In this document: piece by piece, positions 42,393-51,535 of the stretch
How positions within the stretch are numbered: position 1 is the stretch's first letter
Layout: every line of letters begins with the position of its first letter
Assembly (NCBI GenBank): GCA_963825055.1
Contig: CAWGSK010000002.1
Span: 32,001 to 96,000 of the forward strand
Source: an uncultured Gemmatimonadales bacterium
GTDB taxonomy: Bacteria; Gemmatimonadota; Gemmatimonadetes; Gemmatimonadales; GWC2-71-9
Direction: 5' to 3'
Length of the DNA: 64,000 bases
Made by a program: the position numbers and the translations under genes
Notes under the pieces: model-generated
Seen by the model: the letters and a program-made list of their open reading frames with translations, nothing else
What the model was told of the DNA's origin: nothing
The model's database searches: none

Positions 42393-43280
42393 ATGCGCGT
42401 TGGCTTTGCCGGACTGGGCGCCATCGGGGCGCCGATGGCGGCGCACCTCGTCACCGGGAACGATCTTGCCGTCTGGAACCGGACGGCCGCGCGCGCCGTG
42501 TCGTTCGTGCGTGAGCACGGCGGGCACGCGGTGGGGACGCCGCGGGACCTGGCCGCGCACGCCGAGGTCCTCATCACCTGTCTGCCCAGTTCCCGGGAAG
42601 TCGAGGCGATCCTGGACGGTGGCGAGGGCATCCTGGACGGCATCCGTCCGGGGTCGCTCGTGCTCGACTGCACCTCGGGCGATCCCGGCGCGTCCCGGCG
42701 CATTGCCGCCCGGCTGGCGGAGCGCCAGGTGGCCTTTGCGGATGCGCCGGTCAGCGGTGGGACCGATGGCGCGGCGGCGGCCGCCCTCACGGTCATGGTG
42801 GGGGGAGATACGGAGACGTTCGAGCGCGCGCTGCCTGTCCTGAAGGCATTTGGCAGGCGGATTGAACACATGGGCCCGGTCGGGGCGGGGCACGCCATGA
42901 AGGCGGTGAACAATGCGCTGCTCGCCGTGAACATCCTGGCCGTCGGCGAGGGACTCGTGACGCTGGTGAAGGCCGGCGTGCCGGCCCCGAAGGCGCTGGA
43001 GGTGCTCAACGCGTCGAGCGGCCGGTCGTTCGTCAGCGAAAAGCTGGTGCCGGAGCGCGTGCTGCCGCGCACCTGGCCGGTCACCTTCCGGCTTGCCCTT
43101 CTGGACAAGGACGTGCGGATCGCCACCAGAGTCGCCGAGGAGGGACAGGTGCAGACCCCGATGGTAAATCTGGCCAGTGAGCTGCTGGCCGCCGCGCGCG
43201 CCCAGCTTGGCGAGGAGGCGGACTACCTCGAGGCGATCAAGCTGGTCGAGGCTCAGGCGGGAGCCGAGATTCGTTCATGA
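42393..43280 (+). CDS. 3-hydroxyisobutyrate dehydrogenase family NAD(P)-dependent oxidoreductase
   Basis: GFAGLGAIG.PMA, DAPVSGG, KAVNN, F.L.L..KD. Confidence 0.92.
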   Translation: MRVGFAGLGAIGAPMAAHLVTGNDLAVWNRTAARAVSFVREHGGHAVGTPRDLAAHAEVLITCLPSSREVEAILDGGEGILDGIRPGSLVLDCTSGDPGASRRIAARLAERQVAFADAPVSGGTDGAAAAALTVMVGGDTETFERALPVLKAFGRRIEHMGPVGAGHAMKAVNNALLAVNILAVGEGLVTLVKAGVPAPKALEVLNASSGRSFVSEKLVPERVLPRTWPVTFRLALLDKDVRIATRVAEEGQVQTPMVNLASELLAAARAQLGEEADYLEAIKLVEAQAGAEIRS

Positions 43281-43789
43281 CTGGTATCCCTGAGATCCGG
43301 TTCGCCCGCCCGGACGATTCGGGGGTCCTGCTCGACCTGATTGACGCGCTGGCGGATTACGAAAAGCTGGAGCGTCCCGACCAGGCGGCCCGCGAGCGGC
43401 TGACCCGCGACATCTTCGGCCCCCATCCCCGCATCGAGGTTCTTCTGGCCGTCGACGGCACCCGGGCGGTCGGATATGCACTTTTCCTCGAGACCTACAG
43501 TTCCTTCCTGGCCCGCCCCACGCTCTACCTCGAAGACATTTTCGTCCATCCCGACGCGCGTGGCAGGCGCATTGGCCTCGCCCTGATGCAGCGGCTGGCG
43601 GCACTTGCCCGGGAGCGCGACTGTGGTCGCATGGAATGGGTGGTCCTCAAGTGGAATACGCCGGCCATCGACTTCTATGACCGGCTCGGTGCAGTGCCCA
43701 TGAAGGAATGGGAGACGTTCAGGCTCGACCGGGATGACCTGGACCGGGTGGGCAGCGAGGCGGGGAACCCCCGGCCGCAGGTCACCTGA
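43277..43789 (+). CDS. GNAT N-acetyltransferase (spermidine/diamine acetyltransferase-like)
   Basis: LADYEKL, YLEDIFVHP..RG..IG, MEWVVLKWN..AIDFY. Confidence 0.88.
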   Translation: MTGIPEIRFARPDDSGVLLDLIDALADYEKLERPDQAARERLTRDIFGPHPRIEVLLAVDGTRAVGYALFLETYSSFLARPTLYLEDIFVHPDARGRRIGLALMQRLAALARERDCGRMEWVVLKWNTPAIDFYDRLGAVPMKEWETFRLDRDDLDRVGSEAGNPRPQVT

Positions 43790-44252
43790 TCCGGAACTGC
43801 TTCATGTCAACGCTCCGCCCCTCCGCCAGGATTTCCACGGCATAGTCCCCTGACGGCCACGGCATCGCCTTCACGAGGTGGAATTCGGTGTTGGCGTCCG
43901 CCTTCGGCTCGATCGACCGGGCACTCTCGGTCACAACCTGTCCATCCTCGTATCGCCATACGGCTTTCAGGTCGAGATGTCCTGCCCCCCGGCTCCGGAC
44001 CACGGCGTAGACCGTGTCGTGCACCCCGAAGCTGTCCGCCGGCTCCGCGATGAGGCCCTCCCGGTCCAGCGTTCGTCCGATGGACACCTGGACAACCTCC
44101 GGGGCCGTCCGCGCCGCGGCCGTGTCGGTGGCTTCGGTCAGGGCGGCCGTGGTGTCGGCGGCCGTTTCCGCCCTGTCATTGTCGCCACAGGCCACCGCCA
44201 GGGCGGTGGTGGCCAGCAGGGAGACGCACAATCGGGATCTGAGCTTGCTCAT
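43782..44252 (-). CDS. Hypothetical lipoprotein
   Basis: LAVAC lipobox, Ala/Thr linker, beta-rich domain (WPSGDYAVEI); GAGGAGG RBS. Confidence 0.7.
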   Translation of the reverse strand: MSKLRSRLCVSLLATTALAVACGDNDRAETAADTTAALTEATDTAAARTAPEVVQVSIGRTLDREGLIAEPADSFGVHDTVYAVVRSRGAGHLDLKAVWRYEDGQVVTESARSIEPKADANTEFHLVKAMPWPSGDYAVEILAEGRSVDMKQFRIR

Positions 44253-44463
44253 TGGCCCCTCCTCGACCGGGTGCAAGTGCACCGGCGCGCTCCCGCTGCA
44301 GTCTGTAACGGGCCGGAGTGGAGCGTGCCGTGGACAGGAGTACAATACGGCCCGGGCGCCGGATGGTCCGTGACCGGTGCCACGCGATCATGTAAGGTGA
44401 AATGGGACGGTGACTTGCAGAAAGGCACTCAGACTTTCGGTGCGCCCGCCGATACCAGAGGAC

Positions 44464-44925
44464 ATGAGCGACTGGGCATCTACCGAGCGGCTTCGCGCCG
44501 AGATCATCCTGGCCGAGGGGCTCGTCATTCATGGCGACCTTCACCTTCAGGCGAGGGTCGCGCATCATGACGGCCCCGAGAGCCTGCTGGAAATGTTGAA
44601 TCGGGACGAGGAGTTCGTGCCGGTGAGCCTGGAAGGGGGCGGCATCACCTTCGTGTCCAAGGACCAGGTGGCAGTGGTCGCCTGTCGGAGCACTCCCGGC
44701 GCGGCCGATCCGGAGCGCGCGGGTGCTGCCCGCCACATCGGACTCGAGGTGATGATGACCGGTGGGGATGAGTACCGGGGTTGGGCGGCGGCTGAGCTTC
44801 CGCCGATCCGGAACCGGGCCCTGGATTACCTGAATGGCATTGGCCGCTTCTTCAGCCTCAATTCGGACGGCGTCACGTGGTCCATCCATCGACGCCACGT
44901 CCGCGTCATTCGCCCCAACGACTGA
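44464..44925 (+). CDS. Hypothetical protein with an internal tandem duplication
   Basis: Two halves IHGDL...LEMLN.DEEFV and YRGW...LDYLN..GRFF; GAGGA RBS. Confidence 0.7.
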   Translation: MSDWASTERLRAEIILAEGLVIHGDLHLQARVAHHDGPESLLEMLNRDEEFVPVSLEGGGITFVSKDQVAVVACRSTPGAADPERAGAARHIGLEVMMTGGDEYRGWAAAELPPIRNRALDYLNGIGRFFSLNSDGVTWSIHRRHVRVIRPND

Positions 44926-44947
44926 TCCTTTCACATCCACGGACCCC

Positions 44948-46375
44948 ATGGCCCGACTCGACAAGCTGATCCAGGTTCTCCACGACCAGCGCGGTGACGC
45001 GCTGCGCTTTGCGCCGGGCTCCGTCGCTGTGCTGTGTGGCGGTGCCGGCGAAATGCGGCCCGTTACCCGGGACGCCCTGAGTGCAGAGCAGATCATGGCG
45101 CTCATGCAGGAGATCGCGCCGTCCGGGGCCCCCGAGGGGTCGTCCTTCACGTACGGGGCGCCCGCCGGGTCCGTGAATGTCCACCTGGAGTCCGCGCCGG
45201 GCGGCACAGTCGCGGTCCTGCGACCGGCCGTTGCGGGATTGCCGGCTCGAGTCGAGGTCACTCCTGCTGCGGTGGTCCAGGACACCAGTGCGATGGAGGC
45301 GCTTCTCCGCCTCATGGTCGAGCGCGATGCCTCAGACCTGCACCTTCGCGCTGACGAACCGCCGATTCTCCGTGTGGCCGGCCGGCTGGAGCGGGCCGGG
45401 GATGAGCCGGTGCCGGGCGATGCCCTGCGTGGATTGCTCTATTCAATCATGGCGCCGAAGGACCGGGATGCCTTTGACTCCGTCGGGGATGCCGACTGGG
45501 CATGGGAGATCGCCGGGCTGGCGCGCTTCCGCTGTAACGCGGGGCTGGACCGCCGGGGCCCGATGGCCGTGGTCCGCGTCATCCCGACGCGAATCCTGAC
45601 GGCGGGGGAGCTGGGGTTGAGTGCCGAGGTGCAGCGACTCTGCGGTCTCAGCAAGGGCCTGGTGCTGGTCACCGGGCCTACCGGCTCAGGGAAGTCCACC
45701 ACCCTGGCCGGGATGATCGATCTCGTAAACCGGACGCGGCAGGATCACATCCTCACCATCGAGGACCCGATCGAGTTCGTGCACCAGAGCCAATCATGCC
45801 TCGTCACCCAGCGGCAGGTCGGGAGCCATACGAAGACCTTCAAGGCCGCCCTCCGGGCCGCCCTTCGGGAGGACCCGGACGTGGTGCTGGTGGGCGAGAT
45901 GCGCGACCTGGAGACGGTCAGCACCGCGATTGAAACTGCCGAGACCGGGCATCTCGTTTTCGGCACGCTGCATACCACCACGGCGGCTTCCACGGTCGAC
46001 CGCATCATCGACCAGTTCCCGGCCGACCAGCAGTCGCAGATCCGCGTGATGCTCGCCGAGTCACTGCGCGGAGTCGTCTCGCAGGTGCTCTGCCGGAAGG
46101 TGGGTGGCGGTCGGGTGGCGGCGCGTGAGGTGCTCATCACCATTCCCGCCATCAGCAACCTCATCCGCGAGGGGAAGACATTCCAGATCCCCTCGATCAT
46201 GCAGACCAACCGGAAGGTCGGCATGGTCACCCTCAACGACGCGCTCCTCCAACTGGTGCACGAGGGTCAGGTGGAACCCGAGGAGGCATTCCTCAAGTCG
46301 GTCGAACGCTCGGGGATGCTCTCCGCGCTCAAGGCCCGCGGGCACGACGTTCGGTTCGCGGAGGCGGCGGCCTGA
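44948..46375 (+). CDS. pilT: PilT/PilU family type IV pilus retraction ATPase with extra N-terminal domain
   Basis: ASDLHL, GPTGSGKST, EDPIEF, LREDPDV, GEMRD, TLHT, NLIREGK. Confidence 0.9.
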   Translation: MARLDKLIQVLHDQRGDALRFAPGSVAVLCGGAGEMRPVTRDALSAEQIMALMQEIAPSGAPEGSSFTYGAPAGSVNVHLESAPGGTVAVLRPAVAGLPARVEVTPAAVVQDTSAMEALLRLMVERDASDLHLRADEPPILRVAGRLERAGDEPVPGDALRGLLYSIMAPKDRDAFDSVGDADWAWEIAGLARFRCNAGLDRRGPMAVVRVIPTRILTAGELGLSAEVQRLCGLSKGLVLVTGPTGSGKSTTLAGMIDLVNRTRQDHILTIEDPIEFVHQSQSCLVTQRQVGSHTKTFKAALRAALREDPDVVLVGEMRDLETVSTAIETAETGHLVFGTLHTTTAASTVDRIIDQFPADQQSQIRVMLAESLRGVVSQVLCRKVGGGRVAAREVLITIPAISNLIREGKTFQIPSIMQTNRKVGMVTLNDALLQLVHEGQVEPEEAFLKSVERSGMLSALKARGHDVRFAEAAA

Positions 46376-46404
46376 GCCTGTCGCGGGGCGATTACCTTAT
46401 GCCC

Positions 46405-47196
46405 ATGCCGGATGCACCGATCCTCGTCCTCGTCAATCCGCAAGACATCGTCAACATTGCGAGCGCAGTGCGTATCGCGAAGAATTTTGGCATTCCCGAC
46501 ATCCGCCTTGTCCAGCCCGCGGCGTTCGACCCGTGGCGGATCGAGGGGATCGCGCACAACACCGCCGACCTGGTCGACCAGATCCGGATCTGCGACACGC
46601 TGGAAGAGGCGGTGGCGGACTGCGTGCACACATTCGCACTGACCGCGCGTGCCCGGACGGCAAAACGCACCGTGCTCTCCCCGCGCGAGGCCGCGGACGG
46701 CCTGGTCGAGCGGCTCGCCGACGGCCTGGTGGCTATCGTGGCCGGCCGGGAGGACAGCGGCCTGACGAACGCCGAGCTGGACCGGTGCAGCGCGCTCGTC
46801 CGGATCCCCACTTCGCCCGACTATCCCTCGCTCAACCTGGCGCAGGCTGTTGCGGTGATGGGCTACGAGTCGTGGGTGGCGCGCGGCTCGGGCGTTCCCA
46901 GAGCCCGGACCGGCGCCCGGCGCACGGCGCCGCCGGCGGAATCCGGCCAGCTCGAGTGGCTCTTCCGGGACTGGGAGCGCGCGCTGGTGACGATCGACTT
47001 CTTCAAGACCCGCCAGCCGGACCTGGTCCTCCGCTCGTTCCGGGAAATCGTGTTCCGGGCCGGGCTGGATGCCCGGGAGGCGTCGCTGATCAGGGCGATG
47101 GGCATCGAGGTGTTCCGGTTCTATGAGCGCCAGGCCGCGGCATCCGGCGCGGAGCCCTCCGTCGGGCCGGGCGGCGAGGCCGGGCCGCTGGCGTAA
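46405..47196 (+). CDS. TrmJ/LasT family SPOUT RNA methyltransferase
   Basis: LVNPQ..VNI, GREDSGLTN.EL, YPSLNLAQA. Confidence 0.9.
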   Translation: MPDAPILVLVNPQDIVNIASAVRIAKNFGIPDIRLVQPAAFDPWRIEGIAHNTADLVDQIRICDTLEEAVADCVHTFALTARARTAKRTVLSPREAADGLVERLADGLVAIVAGREDSGLTNAELDRCSALVRIPTSPDYPSLNLAQAVAVMGYESWVARGSGVPRARTGARRTAPPAESGQLEWLFRDWERALVTIDFFKTRQPDLVLRSFREIVFRAGLDAREASLIRAMGIEVFRFYERQAAASGAEPSVGPGGEAGPLA

Positions 47197-47254
47197 CGGC
47201 TGGAGCCGCATTAGCTTCCCGCCGCTTCAGCCGACCATCAGAACGAGGCCGCAC

Positions 47255-47746
47255 GTGGGTCGATCCTCAGCATTCTGGCGGGGCAATCTCTACCCGGATC
47301 CGGAGCGGCGTCCCCGCCCCGATGCTCCCGCGCACGATCTTCCGCCGCTCGCCGCCGCCCTCTTTGCCGAGGTGCGCGCGGGACTCGTCACCGTTCCCGA
47401 CCTGCGCGAGCGTGTGCGGCACCTCGGGACGAACTGGCAGTGGGCATGGGAGTACCGGGCCGGCGCGCGTCCGCTCTGCTGGCTGCACGTGATGGAGACC
47501 GGCCTGAGCGGTACGTTCACCGTGCCGCAGAACGAGGCCGCCGACCTCGAGGCGACCATTGCACAGGGACCGGACCTCGCGCGGGCAGTACGAACGGGGC
47601 AACAGACGGGCCCGGTGCGGTGGTGCTGGATGGAGCTGGATACGCGGATGAAGGGTGAGCAGTTGCTGGCCTTTGTCCGCGCGCGCGCCGGCATTGTCGC
47701 GCGCGCCGGGCGGGTGTCGGTCGTGTTCCGGCATCGCGCGGGATGA
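47255..47746 (+). CDS. Hypothetical protein (possibly DUF3788-like); start uncertain
   Basis: Fills the gap on the + strand; WAWEYR..RPLCWL. Confidence 0.55.
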   Translation: MGRSSAFWRGNLYPDPERRPRPDAPAHDLPPLAAALFAEVRAGLVTVPDLRERVRHLGTNWQWAWEYRAGARPLCWLHVMETGLSGTFTVPQNEAADLEATIAQGPDLARAVRTGQQTGPVRWCWMELDTRMKGEQLLAFVRARAGIVARAGRVSVVFRHRAG

Positions 47747-47863
47747 GGATTGGCCGCGTCATCCCTTGCGTTCTCGTGAATCATTTCACTAACTTCGCGC
47801 GCCCGTGAGGGCGGGCGGGTCGCGTTTTGCGATGAATCCTTTCCTTAGCTCGGGTGGTTGGAG

Positions 47864-48463
47864 ATGATGCGCAAGGTGCTGATCGTGGGCGGGTTCGTGG
47901 CGGCGGCCGCGGCCGGGGCGTGGTACCTGTCCCCGGGTCCCACGGGAACCGCGGTCGCGTCCGCCCAGGCCCCGGCGCCGGCGGTGGCGGGCCCCGCGAT
48001 GCAGATCTCCGACACTTCGAGCCTGAAGGGTCCGCGCCAGCCGATCTTCTTCCGTCACGACATTCACGCCGGCCAGTTCAAGCTGCAGTGCCAGTACTGC
48101 CACTACTCGGTAGCCGTGTCGTCAGAGCCCGGTATCCCGAGCCTCGAGACCTGCATGGGCTGCCACCTGGTCATCGGCGGGGCCGACACCGCCTCCAAGG
48201 CGGAGATCGCGAAGCTGCGCAAGGCGTGGGCGGACAGGCAGCCGGTCGAATGGGTTCGCATTCACGCCCTCGCCCGCCACGTCCATTTCCCCCATTCGGT
48301 GCATATCAAGGGGATGGGACCCACCGCCTGCATGACCTGCCATGGCGACGTTGCCCGGATGCCGCAGGTGTTCAAGGTGAATCCCGTGACACAGATGGGC
48401 TTCTGCATCAGCTGTCACATCGAACGGGACGTGAACCGCGACTGTACGGCGTGCCACTACTGA
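47864..48463 (+). CDS. actA: Alternative complex III pentaheme cytochrome c subunit
   Basis: N-terminal TM; five CxxCH (CQYCH, CMGCH, CMTCH, CISCH, CTACH). Confidence 0.9.
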   Translation: MMRKVLIVGGFVAAAAAGAWYLSPGPTGTAVASAQAPAPAVAGPAMQISDTSSLKGPRQPIFFRHDIHAGQFKLQCQYCHYSVAVSSEPGIPSLETCMGCHLVIGGADTASKAEIAKLRKAWADRQPVEWVRIHALARHVHFPHSVHIKGMGPTACMTCHGDVARMPQVFKVNPVTQMGFCISCHIERDVNRDCTACHY

Positions 48464-48529
48464 TGCCGTTGCCACCGCGCCGCTCCGCGACCCCGATGAC
48501 CCGACGTGCCCTCCCCATGAGGAGCAGGA

Positions 48530-51500
48530 ATGCCTGACGAAGTGCCCGACACGATTGACCGCCGGAGGTTCCTCACCGTTCTCGGCGTGACCGGGGCGGG
48601 AGCCGCGGCCCTCTCGGGCTGCTCCACGGACCGGATCGAGAAGCTGGTGCCCTACCTCGTGCAGTCCGAGGACCAGGTGCCCGGCATCGCGACCTATTAC
48701 GCCAGCACATGCACCGAGTGCGCGGCCGCCTGCGGCCTGCACGTGAAGACGCGCGAGGGTCGCGCGATCAAGCTCGACGGTAATCCGGAACACCCCGTGA
48801 ACCGGGGTCGCCTCTGCAGCCTGGGCCAGAGCTCGCTGCAGGCCCTGTACAACCCGGGACGGCTGCGGAACCCGATGCTGCGCGATGGGAACGGCTTCAA
48901 GGCGATCACCTGGGACGAGGCGATTGCCAAGCTGGCGGAGGCGGTGGGCGGCTCGTCCGGGCGGATCGCGGCGATCTCCGGTGCGCCGCGCGGGACCTTC
49001 TCGGACCTGCTTGCCGACTGGACCGGCGCCCTCGGCGGCCGGGTGGTGCGGTACAACCCGCTGGACCACGAGGCCCTCCGCGCCGCGAACAAGTCCGTGT
49101 TCGGCCGGGACGAGGTTCCGGCGTACGACTTCGCCGCCGCGAAATACATCCTGTCCTTCGGGGCGGACTTCCTGGAGACCTGGGTCTCACCGGTCGAGAG
49201 CCAGCTCGGGTATGCGGCATCCCACGGGAGCGGCGAGGGGACGATGGCCCGCCACGTGGCGTTCACGCCGCGCATGGGCCTCACCGGCATGAACGCCGAC
49301 CACTGGTACCCGGTGAAGCCGGGCACCGAGACGGCCGTCGTCCTCGCGATGTGCAACGTGATCCTCGGCGAACGCAGCGGCGCGCCCTCCGATGCCTACG
49401 GGCTGCGCGGTGCCCTGGGCGAATGGACCCCGGAGCAGGCGTCCGCGGAGAGCGGGGTAGGGGCCGAGGTGATCCGCCGGGTGGCCCGCGAGTTCGCGGC
49501 GGAGGGGCCGGGTCTCGCGGTCGCGGGTGGTGCCGGGGCCCAGAGCCCGGGTGCGGTGCAGCTCTGCGCAGCGGTCAACCTGCTCAATTACATCGCGGGC
49601 AACGTCGGGAAGACGGTGAAGTTCGGCGCGGACCTGGACACGGGCGACGGGTACGGCGCCCTGCGCGACCTGATGGCCGGCATGGACGCCGGCCAGGTGG
49701 ACGTGCTGATCGTGCACGAGAGCAACCCGGTGTACACCGTCCCGAAATCGGCCGGCTTCGCCGGCAAGCTGGCGAAGGTGCGCTTCAAGGTCAGCACCTC
49801 GCTCTTCATGGACGAGACTGCCGCGGGCTGCGACCTCCTGCTGCCCGGCCGGCACGCGCTGGAGCGGTGGGACGACGTCCGTCCCCGGGCAGGAATCCAT
49901 GCCCTCATCCAGCCCGCGATGGAGCCGGTGTTCGGTCACGTTCCCGGCGAAGCGGGCACGGTCGCCACGGGCGACGTGCTGCTCCGCACCGCGAAGGCGG
50001 TCGGGGGCCCCCTGGCACGGTTCGATGCTCCCGACTACGAGACTCACCTTCGGCAGGCCTGGACGGCAGCGGGGCGGGGAAGCCAGGACGCCTGGCGCGC
50101 CGCGCTCGCGCGGGGCGGTGTCTATGAGCCGGCCCCGGCCGTGCCGGTGAGCCTCGCCTCGACTGCGGTGAGCTACACGCCGCCGGCCTTCGACGGGGAC
50201 GGGGAGTTCGTCTTCTCGGCGTTCCCCACCTCCACGCTGGGCGACGGCCGGGCCGCCAACCGGCCCGTGCAGCGGGAAGTGCCGGACCCGGTCACCAAGA
50301 TCACCTGGCATTCCTGGGTGGAGGTGCACCCGGAGACGGCGCGCGAGCTGAATGTCCGGGAGGGAGAAATCCTGCGGCTCACCTCGCCGCACGGCGTCAT
50401 CGAGGCCCCGGCATACCTCTATCCCGGCATCCATCCGCAGATGCTCGCGGTCCCGATGGGCCTGGGGCACACCGAGTACGGCCAGTTCGCCACGGGTGCG
50501 GGGGTCAACCCGCTCGACCTGCTGGGGCCCGACGCCGTGGACGGCTTCCTGCCGTACCTCGGAACCCGGGTCAAGGCGGTCCAGACCGGGGGCTACCACA
50601 GGGTGGCCAAGACTGAGGGCAACGTCCGCCAGCTCGGGCGCGGCATCGCGAGCGCGATGACCGCCGGGCAGGTGGCGAAGGGGCTGAACCTGCGTGAGGC
50701 CGAACGGCAGGAGGGCCACGCCGAGCACGAGATCAACCCGCCGCTGGAAGTGGCGGCCATCGAAGGGTTCCGGCAGGGGCAGCAGGAGAAAATCAAGCTG
50801 GGGGCCTACGCCCAGGAACACCCGCTCTGGGGCATGACGATCGACCTCGCGAAGTGCACCGGCTGCTCGGCCTGTGTGACGGCCTGCTACATGGAGAACA
50901 ACATCCCGACCGTGGGCGAGCGGGAGGTGCTCAAGGGTCGCGAGATGTCCTGGATGCGGATCGAGCGCTATTACGAAGGCGGGGAGGATGGCGAGCCGCT
51001 GGAGACCCGTTTCGTCCCGATGCTCTGTCAGCACTGCGACAACGCGCCATGCGAGCCGGTCTGCCCGGTCTTCGCGGCATACCACACCCCGGACGGCCTC
51101 AACGGCCAGGTTTACAACCGCTGCGTGGGCACGCGGTACTGCGCGAACAACTGCCCCTACAAGGTCCGCTACTTCAACTGGTTCGCCTATGGTAAACAGG
51201 CTTTCCCCGAGCCGCTTCACCTGCAGCTCAACCCGGATGTGGTGGTCCGCGCCCGCGGCGTGATGGAGAAATGCACGATGTGTGTGCAGCGGATCCGTGG
51301 GGCCCAGCATCAGGCGCGGCTGGAAAACCGGACGGTCGCTGACGGGGAGTTCACCACGGCCTGCGCCCAGACCTGTCCCTCAGGGGCCATCCTGTTCGGC
51401 AACCGGGCCGACCCGGCCACCGCGGTGGCGCAGTCGGCGACGAGCCGGCGCGGGTACCACGTGCTCGAGGAGATCAATGTGCGGCCGGCGATCACGTATC

Positions 51501-51532
51501 TGGCGAAGGTCACCAACCGGGCGGAGGCGTAA
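48530..51532 (+). CDS. actB: ACIII molybdopterin-oxidoreductase-like / Fe-S fusion subunit
   Basis: Tat RRRFL plus LSGC; C-terminal CTGCSACVTAC, CQHC..APCEPVCP, CVGTRYCANNCPY, EKCTMC. Confidence 0.93.
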   Translation: MPDEVPDTIDRRRFLTVLGVTGAGAAALSGCSTDRIEKLVPYLVQSEDQVPGIATYYASTCTECAAACGLHVKTREGRAIKLDGNPEHPVNRGRLCSLGQSSLQALYNPGRLRNPMLRDGNGFKAITWDEAIAKLAEAVGGSSGRIAAISGAPRGTFSDLLADWTGALGGRVVRYNPLDHEALRAANKSVFGRDEVPAYDFAAAKYILSFGADFLETWVSPVESQLGYAASHGSGEGTMARHVAFTPRMGLTGMNADHWYPVKPGTETAVVLAMCNVILGERSGAPSDAYGLRGALGEWTPEQASAESGVGAEVIRRVAREFAAEGPGLAVAGGAGAQSPGAVQLCAAVNLLNYIAGNVGKTVKFGADLDTGDGYGALRDLMAGMDAGQVDVLIVHESNPVYTVPKSAGFAGKLAKVRFKVSTSLFMDETAAGCDLLLPGRHALERWDDVRPRAGIHALIQPAMEPVFGHVPGEAGTVATGDVLLRTAKAVGGPLARFDAPDYETHLRQAWTAAGRGSQDAWRAALARGGVYEPAPAVPVSLASTAVSYTPPAFDGDGEFVFSAFPTSTLGDGRAANRPVQREVPDPVTKITWHSWVEVHPETARELNVREGEILRLTSPHGVIEAPAYLYPGIHPQMLAVPMGLGHTEYGQFATGAGVNPLDLLGPDAVDGFLPYLGTRVKAVQTGGYHRVAKTEGNVRQLGRGIASAMTAGQVAKGLNLREAERQEGHAEHEINPPLEVAAIEGFRQGQQEKIKLGAYAQEHPLWGMTIDLAKCTGCSACVTACYMENNIPTVGEREVLKGREMSWMRIERYYEGGEDGEPLETRFVPMLCQHCDNAPCEPVCPVFAAYHTPDGLNGQVYNRCVGTRYCANNCPYKVRYFNWFAYGKQAFPEPLHLQLNPDVVVRARGVMEKCTMCVQRIRGAQHQARLENRTVADGEFTTACAQTCPSGAILFGNRADPATAVAQSATSRRGYHVLEEINVRPAITYLAKVTNRAEA

Positions 51533-51535
51533 GCG

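Noticed and set aside
40415..51532. modBC supplying Mo to ActB as a true molybdoenzyme
   Set aside because: Separate transcription units several genes apart; characterised ActBs lack Mo, and there is no sequence evidence for a link.
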